Below, piece after piece: positions 37,204 to 46,900 of a stretch of DNA of 64,000 bases. Origin of the DNA: a virus (lineage: Duplodnaviria > Caudoviricetes); the IMG/VR virus record IMGVR_UViG_3300029288_005873, positions 352,001-416,000 of that record; one strand, 5' to 3'. Below the pieces are notes generated by a model, which ran no database searches, had not been told where the DNA came from, and worked only from the letters and a program-made list of their open reading frames with translations. The position numbers were made by a program, and so were the translations under genes. Within the stretch, counting starts at the first letter, position 1; the number at the start of each line of letters is the position of its first letter.

Positions 37204-38930
37204 ATTTTTGCCCCGATCGGTGTGCGTTTACGCGCAGGAATCTGATGAAGCATAAGATTTGCTACTTCATCCATTACGCGCTTAACAAAGAATGGATTAA
37301 GACCAGATAAAATATTCTTAACTAGCGATATACTTTGTCCAATAGCGGCAGTCTGTGGCATCTTTTTCTGGCTCATTTGACCCGTGGGAACCCTCAATAT
37401 CTTTCCCCTAATGCGCTGCATATATCTTGCTTTGTCCTTATCTGGTACACGGAACATAAGAAAATTGATAATCTTTACAATAGACTCAGCAGTTCTACGA
37501 ACTGGATCCTGTGCTCTCTTAGAAATTGGAACAAGCCTAGTGGCTCTACTAGACAAAGGAAGCTCATCATCCGACATCATGTCTAGATCAACACCATCTT
37601 CTTTTGCTTTAATACGCTTCTTTACTGCATCTATAACAGGACGCAAAATTTCCTTCTCCATCTCCCAATCGGACATTGGTCCTGTTTCCCTATTACCAAG
37701 CAATTCTGTTATTTCTGGATCTAATTCAGTCCGTTGTGCTTTATCGTAGTCGATTACAGTTGGTTCATCGCCCTCAGCATAATCATGATCAGCCAATTTC
37801 TTTTTGATCGGCATAATGGATGTTACTTTTTCCGCCCATCTTTTTCGGATGGGAGCCCCAATTACTGGATGTCTAACCCGTTCCAATTCACGTTTTGTTT
37901 GTTCCCAAGCTGTATTTTCTCGTTTAACATCTTCTGGGGATGCTGTAGTACCATCGGGAAATACCCAACTCGAATCATGTTGTTCCTCTGGATGTTTTGG
38001 CCAGTATTCTTCAATTGTAGTTTCAGACACCAAAAACTCGGGAGCACCAATGAGTAGATCATATCCAACAGGTGAAACACCTTTGACGAAACTGGAAATT
38101 ACACGATTCCTTGCCCGCTCGGCATGTTTGCGCGTTCGATAGAATGATATAGGAATTGTTCCCCACATTAGGGCAAAAGTCCCATGGGTAAGCCAGTTTT
38201 CCGGACCGTGTGGCATAAGATCTTTGATTTTGATACCGGCTTTTTGGAGAGCACGAATTCCAGCTTCAAAACGGGAAAGTTCTGTTCCGTCAGGAAATTT
38301 AACTACGGCAGAATCATTCCTCAACATTTCCATTAGTTTAGGAGTTTTGAAGACTTCCATCAGTTCTTCAGGTTTCCACATGGAAGGATCCAAGTGGATC
38401 GGCAAACGTTCCATTGCGGCACGCTTGGAGAATGGCAACAAAGCGGCCTGACGCGATGAAAGTGGAATAGAATCGATTTTCCTCAAAGTCTCATTCAAAT
38501 CGCGCTCATGCTCCATCTCATCCTCCAGTATCGCCACAACTATACTGCTGGTGTCTTTATCTGTCTCCTCTGTAACCCGAAGCAACTCACGATAAACTGC
38601 TATGGCGCATTTTTCCGCTTCCAGGTTTTGTTCCAATACTTCAACAGCAGAAAATCCTTCAGGGTCTACGTATCTACAATTAGAATTAGCCGCCCACTTA
38701 CTCGGATCACCTATCGGTCTAGCACCAAGTTGAACAAGGCGACTATATATTGCGTCAGCATGCCTCCTCTCATCATTGGCATGTTCAAGTAGTTCACCAA
38801 CCGCATGGGCTGGACCAAGAATAGCCTTTGCCCCAGCCCAATATTGATGGAATGCAAACCACTCATCAACATAAGCTTTACTAAGAAGTTCGACTACCCC
38901 AGGCATATTACCTTTCCCGCTCATAGCCAT
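37200..38930 (-). CDS. Multidomain protein with N-terminal ferritin-like (Dps-like/bacterioferritin) domain
   Basis: DEWFAFHQYW, EHANDERRHA, EAEKCAI, EDEMEHE di-iron motifs. Confidence 0.85.
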   Translation of the reverse strand: MAMSGKGNMPGVVELLSKAYVDEWFAFHQYWAGAKAILGPAHAVGELLEHANDERRHADAIYSRLVQLGARPIGDPSKWAANSNCRYVDPEGFSAVEVLEQNLEAEKCAIAVYRELLRVTEETDKDTSSIVVAILEDEMEHERDLNETLRKIDSIPLSSRQAALLPFSKRAAMERLPIHLDPSMWKPEELMEVFKTPKLMEMLRNDSAVVKFPDGTELSRFEAGIRALQKAGIKIKDLMPHGPENWLTHGTFALMWGTIPISFYRTRKHAERARNRVISSFVKGVSPVGYDLLIGAPEFLVSETTIEEYWPKHPEEQHDSSWVFPDGTTASPEDVKRENTAWEQTKRELERVRHPVIGAPIRKRWAEKVTSIMPIKKKLADHDYAEGDEPTVIDYDKAQRTELDPEITELLGNRETGPMSDWEMEKEILRPVIDAVKKRIKAKEDGVDLDMMSDDELPLSSRATRLVPISKRAQDPVRRTAESIVKIINFLMFRVPDKDKARYMQRIRGKILRVPTGQMSQKKMPQTAAIGQSISLVKNILSGLNPFFVKRVMDEVANLMLHQIPARKRTPIGAKI

Positions 38931-40056
38931 TGATTATACCGATCATGCGCTGTAGCAACTCCCACACATCAGATAAGGAGGTCCACCAGGTTCGCAGAGT
39001 CTGTTGTTCTTCCGCATCTCCCTTTTCCGAAGCCTTTTGCCATTTTGCCTGAAGTGTTGCGGCAAGTCTGGGTGCCGTGTCTTTCATTAGATAGCGCAGA
39101 TATGCACGTGAAGCCTGTATCTCACCTTTCTTGCCAGCATCCTGTAATCCAGATGAAGGACCATACATGCGAGCATACATGTCTTGACCATCATTCATCG
39201 CCCATGCGATAGCAGCAGGAATAAAAGCTCTTTCATCTTGTAGGACATCAGGTGGCGGAAAAGGCCAACGCAATTCTGTATCAGGTCGTATTTTCTGTTC
39301 AGATTTAGGCGTAGATTTTGCCGGCGTGCCTGGTTTAGTAGTAGGTGTAACAGAAGACTTTCCTGGAGGGGACCAAGGCATATTGACATAGCCGAGCTGT
39401 TCATGAACAGTTTTACGTCCAATGGATTCAGACAAGCGACCAAGCTGACCAAGATACTGTCCAAAGTTAATACCTTTAGCCTGCGCAAATTGTTTAGCAC
39501 GATCAAGGAGTTGCTGATTTGCACTAAAGAACTTGTTTACCCAATTCTCCTCTGCTTCACTCACAAGCCGTGGATCCGTAAGCACGCGCACAAGAGCTGC
39601 GCTATCCGCTTCGCCAAGCACCTCAAGAGCTTGAGCTAGAACCGTAAGCCTATGCATCTGTATTCCCTCCTTAATCAGGTCCTGTGCCAATCCCAGGTCA
39701 ATCGGTTCTATTACGATGTCCTGGGGCGTTATCTTTACATCATCGATCTTTTTCCAGTTATAGCCGGCTCCCGTTTCATACACACCTGGTGGAATATCAA
39801 TTACAAAAGCAGAATACCCATCACTTGTAATAACCCATTGGTGGTCTTCTCCATCTGGCGCACCGGGGACAGCCTCAACATTTTGTAGATGATCATATAT
39901 TGTTTCTATTATAGCATCAGCTACACGGTCACAGATTCCCCCAGTACCAAGTTCTGGGTCGAACCCCTCCTCGTCCAGCTGCCATTCGTCAACAATTTTT
40001 TGGGCTGCGAGAGCAATGTCAGGACGAATTGACTAAAGACGTTGCTGAAGATTCAT
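38908..40056 (-). CDS. Protein with N-terminal Cys-His-Asp (transglutaminase/papain-like) domain; in-frame TAG at codon 8 (40033-40035)
   Basis: Frame is open upstream of the tracked GTG (39783) through GGICDRVA...HQWV...VIDIP to an ATG at 40056 that overlaps the upstream stop (ATGA), with one TAG. Confidence 0.6.
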
Positions 40057-40814
40057 TCTTCTTCCATTTCCTCTGGATTTTCATAACGATATAAATCATC
40101 TTCCAAAGCATGAATTACATCAAACTCCGTAGATCTAAGCCATTCTTTCAGCTTTTGTAGAGAACTTTCCAAACTAGCAAGTAATGGATGATTTGTGGCA
40201 GCGGCAATTTTCGTCGCTTTATCAAAATTACGTACAATATCAATGGCTTCAAACCAAACATTATGTATTAAAGGTCTTGCCGCTTTTATGTATTTGACGA
40301 CTTCATCGTCATCAGAGGCATTTTGTTCTTTATTAGCTTTCTCTTCCATTTTCTCTAAACGAGTGTAGTAATCAGAAGGCAATTCAGTAAGATGATCTTT
40401 GGCAATTTCCTTAGCAGTTCCAACATCATCTGTGTGTTCAAGTTCAACTTTAACACCTTTTTCCAGTTGTGCGGGATCGAAATCCGAGTCAGGTTTGCCT
40501 TCCGCAAGTCCGCCTGGGATTTTTTCGGATCCACCAATTTCATTCTGGACAATGCCAAGAATTTGTTCCTCTGCTTTCTCACCATCCATTCCAAGGTCTT
40601 TTAGAATGACAACACAGTCACCAATAGCTGCTACGGCCTCCTCGAGTCTGTTTGCAAGATCCTCAGCCCGTAGATCAAGATCTTTATCATTGGGTTCACC
40701 TTTTTGAAAAAGATCAGGACCACCACCTCGTGCGAATTCAAGCATCTTATCGGGCTTCTCCTTGACATCAATTATGGCAATAGCCTTAGCCAAGCTTAGA
40801 ATCCTTTTGCTCAT
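40053..40814 (-). CDS. DUF5661-like protein (start revised to MSKRIL)
   Basis: IPGGLA...QLEKGVKVELEHT...AKEIAKDHLTE...YYTRL. Confidence 0.7.
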   Translation of the reverse strand: MSKRILSLAKAIAIIDVKEKPDKMLEFARGGGPDLFQKGEPNDKDLDLRAEDLANRLEEAVAAIGDCVVILKDLGMDGEKAEEQILGIVQNEIGGSEKIPGGLAEGKPDSDFDPAQLEKGVKVELEHTDDVGTAKEIAKDHLTELPSDYYTRLEKMEEKANKEQNASDDDEVVKYIKAARPLIHNVWFEAIDIVRNFDKATKIAAATNHPLLASLESSLQKLKEWLRSTEFDVIHALEDDLYRYENPEEMEEE

Positions 40815-41521
40815 TTCGCGGTCTCCTTTTCGAAGTGGTCCCACCAGTTGGCGGCATCTTTCGGAATCTCCTGCCCCTCGGGAGGCGGAAACAGGAAACC
40901 GGTGCGCAGCATGTAGCGCAGCTCACGGAATTTCCTGTACTCGAAACTGCCTTCGTCCACTAGACCGTCGCGGTACATGCCGCGGTAGCGCGCAGCCATC
41001 GCGTACAGCTTGTCGGCCGGCACATTGCGCGTCACATTATGGCATCCCCCAAGATTGGCGGACACGACCATGTCCGGGCAATCGGGGCAATCGGTCACGC
41101 CGCACTCCACGTCGAGCACCGCCGGCAGGATGGCGTCAAGCCTATCCGCCAGGACGATCTCCCCTTTCCTCTCCAGGAGCGCAGCTACCTTGCCCAATGT
41201 GACCGAAGCTGGCTTGTCGCCGGGAGGCTCCCCAAGGCTGGTGGCGACGATTTTCTCCAGGCAGTCCATCAGCGCGTCCGCGAAATGGAGCATGCCTTTC
41301 CTGTCCAGCTCGTCGGCTACCCCGACCATGCCATCCAAGGCGCCGCGACCCTTGAAAAAATAGATCTGCCCAAGGCGCTTCTTGGCTTCCTCCTTGGTCT
41401 TGTAGCAGCCGAAATTCTGGCGCTTGCCGCCCTTGGTCTTCTTGTGCCCGAAGACGCAGTACCCCTTGCCCTTCACCTTGCGGATGAAGGCGATCTTGAT
41501 TATGTTGGCCTGCTTCTCCAT
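40811..41521 (-). CDS. Hypothetical head-associated protein with two helical tags (start revised to MEKQAN)
   Basis: IRKVKGKGYCV...NFGCYKTKEEAKKRL domain; two LDxKG/LERKG tags. Confidence 0.65.
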   Translation of the reverse strand: MEKQANIIKIAFIRKVKGKGYCVFGHKKTKGGKRQNFGCYKTKEEAKKRLGQIYFFKGRGALDGMVGVADELDRKGMLHFADALMDCLEKIVATSLGEPPGDKPASVTLGKVAALLERKGEIVLADRLDAILPAVLDVECGVTDCPDCPDMVVSANLGGCHNVTRNVPADKLYAMAARYRGMYRDGLVDEGSFEYRKFRELRYMLRTGFLFPPPEGQEIPKDAANWWDHFEKETAK

Positions 41522-41529
41522 GCGCACCC

Positions 41530-41823
41530 CTAGCGCCCGCTGGGGGCGATCGGCTTGCCTGTCAGGGAAACCTTGATAGCTTTCCGCCAGTTGAAAGACG
41601 GATCCCACGACATCTTGATGTGGTCGCCGTTTATGTGGACAACGCCAACGCCCGGCACCTCGAACTCGAGCACGCCCTCGTCCACGTTTCTGATAAAGCC
41701 TTGGAAGTATTCCTTGTTTTGCGCCCAAACCTCGGCGTAGGTGATCGTCTCGGCATCCTCGCCGACAACAACACAGATCTCCTTGCCCACGAAGCGTTTC
41801 GCCAAATACTCAGCCATTCCCAT
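41530..41823 (-). CDS. Small protein, possibly Sm/LSm-like fold
   Basis: FVGKEICV...FQGFIRNVDEGVL...INGDHI pattern; downstream of promoter-motif copy 5. Confidence 0.5.
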   Translation of the reverse strand: MGMAEYLAKRFVGKEICVVVGEDAETITYAEVWAQNKEYFQGFIRNVDEGVLEFEVPGVGVVHINGDHIKMSWDPSFNWRKAIKVSLTGKPIAPSGR

Positions 41824-41842
41824 GTGTCAATCACCCCTACGG

Positions 41843-41865
41843 ATGCTGTATTATTGATAGGTTTT
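41843..41865 (-). promoter_or_regulatory. Putative late promoter motif, copy 5 (overlaps the stop of the upstream gene)
   Basis: AAAACC TATCAATA ATACA GCAT. Confidence 0.7.
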
Positions 41866-43947
41866 GGTCCGTTGCGACAGCGGGAGACTGTCGGCTCTTT
41901 TCGACAGGGGAAACACCTCCAACGACTGGACGGTGGTCGATTCGGGTTTGGTCCAGACCACCTTGCCCCTATCCGGATCATCAACCATGGAGAAGGTGAT
42001 CTGCGAGACATACATATTGCCCTCGGCGTTCCTGATCGCCTGGTCCAGGCTGTCGTATGAGGCGAGCACCCGCCCCCAGTAGTCCACTAGGTAGTAGGGT
42101 CCCCGTTTGGCGCGGAGCTCGGCCAGCATCTTCCTGGTCGACTCCGGCGACCTTTCCCACACGACCGGCTTGTCGCCCTTTTCCATGTACACGAACACAT
42201 CCCACGGATCGTCGTACTCGCTGTGGAACACCCGTGAGGACCACTGGAGATTCTCGGCGTTCCTGACGGCTTTGTCCTTGGTGGCATACCGCGCCACGAT
42301 GTTGTCGTCCATGTCGACGACATAGTACCGACCATTTGGATCACTGGGCTCCAGGCTCTCGCCCGACGGAAGGTCTTGCGGTCTCTCCAGACCCTCGGCG
42401 GCCACAGCCCAGTCCGGGATGTTCTGCGGCAGGATCACGCGCGGCTTGTCCTCGCGCATATGCTTGACGGGATCGTCGTATGTCTCCCAGATCCCTTTCC
42501 ACATGCGCTCATCCAGCGCAGGCTCGCGGAACAGCGGTTTCACCGTCCGCTTCACTTGGTCGGCGCGCCTCGACAGCGGTGGATCGTCCCCGCCCCTTTT
42601 CCTGCGGCCAATGGGGATGTCGGCAAATTTCTCGCCACCGACCTGGATGCGCACCTTGTCGGCTGTCCATTCCAGCTTCTCCGTGAGGTCCGGCAGCTCC
42701 GGCTTGTCATCGCAGGAATAGCACACGGTCATGTGCGGCACCCAGCCATGCTCGGACGGCAGCTCGATGATGTTGCCCACCGCCTCCTCGAGGTCCGCCT
42801 GTAGCGCGCTCAACCCCTTGGCATTCGGCACCACATACACCGGAGTGCCGTCCTTCTCTGGCGTGAACATGCCGGCCCCGGAAACGCTCATCTCCAGCGG
42901 CATGTGCCGCGCACAAACCCTCTCGACCGCCCGCTTGACCGCCGCGAGCGTCTTGTCATCCAGGTCGGCCGCCTTGCCGAGGTACAGCAGGGTCATGTGG
43001 AGGACATCGGAAAGCTCCTTGTCCTCCACCATCTTGGCTTTGCGCATCTTCTTGGCAATTGCTGGAGGAGCCATAAGTGCAAGCATTGCTCCACTATGTG
43101 CGGCACTTTTAGACAAAAGCGAGACATAAGATGCTCGCACCAGTGTATCTGGCGCCCATATGATTTCCATATCTGGCGGCAAAACAAGCTGGTCAAGCGG
43201 AGCAAAAACAGTCCTCTGATCCTCTAGCTCCGATTCGAATTGCAGATGTAACTGCGACTCGGACACCATAAATCGACCATTCAACTCACCCTTGTTTTCT
43301 GGCCAATGTTTAAGGCTAACGGGAATTCCCTCTAGTTTTTCATCAAAACTCATTCCCCTTCTTGGATTCCATGAACGAAAATTACCACCTTCGTCATATT
43401 CATAAGGTTCTTTCTGCTTGCCACCTTGAAGTACAATAACAGTCTTTGCTGCACGTTTTGAGATAGGCAATCCGTCAGAAGCCTTTTTTTCGCTACTAGC
43501 CTCCATTACCATCCATTTATTTCCACCACCTGCGCGAAAAAGTTTATAGATTCCCTTCTCTTTCTTACCTTTTAGACGGAAAACGATTTTAGTTCTACTT
43601 GCCTCAATTTCCTCATATGTTCCCGAATCATGGATTTCTACAGTACCAGCACCATAGCCTGCTGCGATCTCTCCTTTGAACTTTAGATATTCAACTGGAT
43701 GGTCTTCAGTTTTTATAGCTAGAAGCTTTTCCTTACCCTTGGGTAGTTTGTGCTTAGGGATACTCCATGACGACAATGTGCCATTATCGTTTTCCAATCG
43801 CAAATCATAATGATCGCGAGCTTTTTTCGCATGATGTAGCTGAATGACAAAACGATGCCTATTTCCACCCTTCTCCTTTTTACCCTTGGGCTCAGATGTT
43901 TCGTCAAATTCTCTTTTACTTTTATACTTCGCAAGTGGATCGGTCAT
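41851..43947 (-). CDS. Polyprotein-like: LigD 3'-phosphoesterase (PE) domain, unknown domain, 2H phosphoesterase (2'-5' RNA ligase-like), duplicated C-terminal domain
   Basis: LAKYKSKREFDETSEP, FVIQ.H, HYDLRLE, SWSIPK, TEDHP.EY, YGAG (LigD PE); HMTL and HMTV (2H); two YY[VL]VD repeats. Confidence 0.88.
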   Translation of the reverse strand: MTDPLAKYKSKREFDETSEPKGKKEKGGNRHRFVIQLHHAKKARDHYDLRLENDNGTLSSWSIPKHKLPKGKEKLLAIKTEDHPVEYLKFKGEIAAGYGAGTVEIHDSGTYEEIEASRTKIVFRLKGKKEKGIYKLFRAGGGNKWMVMEASSEKKASDGLPISKRAAKTVIVLQGGKQKEPYEYDEGGNFRSWNPRRGMSFDEKLEGIPVSLKHWPENKGELNGRFMVSESQLHLQFESELEDQRTVFAPLDQLVLPPDMEIIWAPDTLVRASYVSLLSKSAAHSGAMLALMAPPAIAKKMRKAKMVEDKELSDVLHMTLLYLGKAADLDDKTLAAVKRAVERVCARHMPLEMSVSGAGMFTPEKDGTPVYVVPNAKGLSALQADLEEAVGNIIELPSEHGWVPHMTVCYSCDDKPELPDLTEKLEWTADKVRIQVGGEKFADIPIGRRKRGGDDPPLSRRADQVKRTVKPLFREPALDERMWKGIWETYDDPVKHMREDKPRVILPQNIPDWAVAAEGLERPQDLPSGESLEPSDPNGRYYVVDMDDNIVARYATKDKAVRNAENLQWSSRVFHSEYDDPWDVFVYMEKGDKPVVWERSPESTRKMLAELRAKRGPYYLVDYWGRVLASYDSLDQAIRNAEGNMYVSQITFSMVDDPDRGKVVWTKPESTTVQSLEVFPLSKRADSLPLSQRTKTYQ

Positions 43948-46900
43948 TTGCCTTCCTCCAGCCGTTTCTTGAGGATTTTGTCAAATTCTTCAAGCTGTTC
44001 GGGCATGCCGAGCCTTCTTAATGTTTTACGCCAAATAGAGAACAGCTTGACATCGTTTTCTTTATTATCAGCCAAACGTCCGATTGCTCCCATCACACCG
44101 GCCATCTCATCTTCCTTATCGGGAAGATCTTTACGCAGGTCAAGAATACGCTGTTTCGGACGCCATCCTGTATGGCTTGGCATCATTAGCGCTTTTACCA
44201 ACACAGGAGATCCTTCTGTCAAAGTTGTTGAGGAATCAAAAATTATGCGAGATTTATCATGCGTATCCATCTCGTCCAAATGGCTTGCCTTACCTTGCGC
44301 AAGTTTTTGTCCATCCTCTGGCAGTATTGGAGTCATCATCTGGATATTATTAGGCGTTCCTGAAAAATCCCAAATTCCCTCCACAAGAGCTAAGTATAGA
44401 TTTTTGCTCTGCTTATCATATGAGCTACTCTTGCCTTCTTCAGCACGCATTGTCCTTTTGCCAAGTGGAGAGTTTTCTCCATAATGTAAACCACATTCGG
44501 CAAACAAAACATCTCCAGAACGCTTTACGACTGAAAGGAAATAACATCTAGGAGGAACCCTATCTTGGTCAATATTGGTTAGATATGGGCGCAGATCTAC
44601 AAAACCATTTTCTTGCTGAAGAACTTTTGAGAACCATGTCTGTATAATACTTGATACTATTTGATCAGCCCCATTGCGTGGCATTGATCTAACTTCGAGG
44701 TGGTCCTTGATCTCCCCAGTTTTCTTATCGATAACTTTTCTTAGTACAGGCATGCGTTTTGTGAAAAATCCCACAAGATGTAGTGGATGTATATATGACC
44801 ATTCTAAAACAGCATCATAGAGTAGAGATTGTAGTCTTGATGTGCGATTCCCCTTTATTCCACCAGTGCGTTCCGCATGCTCAAGTTTTCTGCGATAAAA
44901 CTCCTGCCGCAAAGACGATGACAGTTCCATGTAGTAGAGTTTCTCATTTTGATCATTCAGAAACTCATTTGTGCCAGTCGTTTGTTCGATACCAGTCTGC
45001 TGCTTTGTATCCTCAACTCTGTTTTTGGCTGTCTCAGGATCAGCTGGTTCAAACGATGCTGGCTGTTCCCATCTAGTAGTTCTCGGAGGATCAATAAATA
45101 GACCACCCATATGACTTCCACCAGGATCCATTTTTCCTTTCCCAAAAGCCTGTCTTGGTGTAAATTTGGCATCATCGAATGGGCAATGGAAAGGCACATC
45201 CCACAACCACTTTGGTGGAGTTCTAGCAGCTGTTTCCGATACAGCACCCTCTTTACCACCATCTTCAGCTTTCTGTCCTTGTGGATTCTCAACAATACCA
45301 TAAACACTGGCAAGTTTTCGCCGCGCCTCATTTCCTTCAGCCGTCTGCCAGAATGGACTTTCCCAATCCACGAAAGTCAACGGAATTCGTTGACCTGGAC
45401 AATTTTCATTTATACAAGACATGTGCTGACTTGGTATATCCAGCATTCTACGACGATTGCTTATTTCAACCCTGAGTGTATTTCTTTCTGCCTCAAGAGC
45501 TTCAACCTGGTACCCGTCGGACCTTAATGTATCAGAAAGACTAACTATTCTTGCTTTCAGTTCCCTATTGCTCGGATCGAGCGCAAGCTCTTTTTCAGCT
45601 TCTGTTTTTTTAGCCTTGGTTTCATCCAATGTCTGATTCGCGTTTGCAACACCCATTTCCTTAATCCGTAGTTCCTTCTCCTTAGTATCTAGAATCTCAG
45701 CGCATGTTGGACATTTGAATTTTGGATGCCTACGGGACAAACCTTCTTCCTGCGTCTCATGTATAGATGTCTGCGAAAGAATAGGTGGAGCAGTCTTTAT
45801 ATCGCGCCTATTGCGACAATAACTACATACGGGTTTTCTATTTGCCGAAAAACCTTGACGCTTTCCAGCATCTGCCATCATGCGCCTATTTAATGCGTCA
45901 TATATATATCCATCCAAACTACCAGCTGGTGTTTTGGTGGCTAGATAAAATTGTAGGATTTTGGCAACGTGCCAGTTAACCAATGCAATAAAGGCTCTTC
46001 CAACATCGGTTCCATCAAGATCCTCATTGCGTATTTTTTTATATTCCTCAGAAGTCAATAATCCAAAGGGCGCATCTCCTACACTTCTGCGCCGTTTGTT
46101 GATATCCCACCAACGCTTGCCAACCGCCAGGACTATTTTCGGCAAAATAAATTCTTGTATCATTCCCTTTTTGGCAGGATTGGAAACCATCTCTTTCAGA
46201 GCTTCCCAAGTTTCGCGTTTCTGAAATAAACGTCTAATAGAAGCACCATCGGACAAATCCTCAGCATCAAAAGGAAATCCCGGAGGAGTGGCGGTTACCT
46301 CGACCCACGTACCGTTGGTTGAGGGTGGATTTAGTTCAACTGACAGATTCCATTCATTTGATTCCTGTTTGCGATGAACTTTTGTCCAAAGATCAGGAGT
46401 AGATTTTTCTACTGGTAGAACTGGAGGCGGAACAGGAGCCTGTGGGATTTCTTTTTCGTCATCCTCTTCAAACTCCTGACGTTCAAACTCAAGAAGGCGT
46501 CTTGCCACTTCTTCATCACTCATACGCCCCCCACCAACTTGATCAGCCAATTTCCAAAGCGCAGCTAGTTTGCGCATTGCGGCATTTTCATCCAACATTG
46601 CCTCTGACAAAGTTGGTGCCCCATCAAGCCGTCGCGCTAAAATATCCGCCAACGATTCCGCATCGTCAGGTCCGACCGCCGTGAAAAGGTCACCATCACG
46701 CTCCACCGGCATTCCCGTCCATTCTGCTCCAGCCTCTAGCATATCGGGACGAATTTCCGACCAACCGGTTATTTGACGACCTTTAACTAGATTTGCCTTT
46801 GCAGCCAAAAGAGGAGCATGACAAATAAGCGCCACAGGTTTTTCACTCTCGACAAAATCACGAAGTAGTTGCTGAGCTATCAGATCGTCCGAAAAACCAA

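Noticed and set aside
41522-41728. Arg-rich N-terminal extension of ORF 40811..41728
   Set aside because: It overlaps the 41530..41823 gene in another frame; MEKQAN at 41521 is the plausible start.
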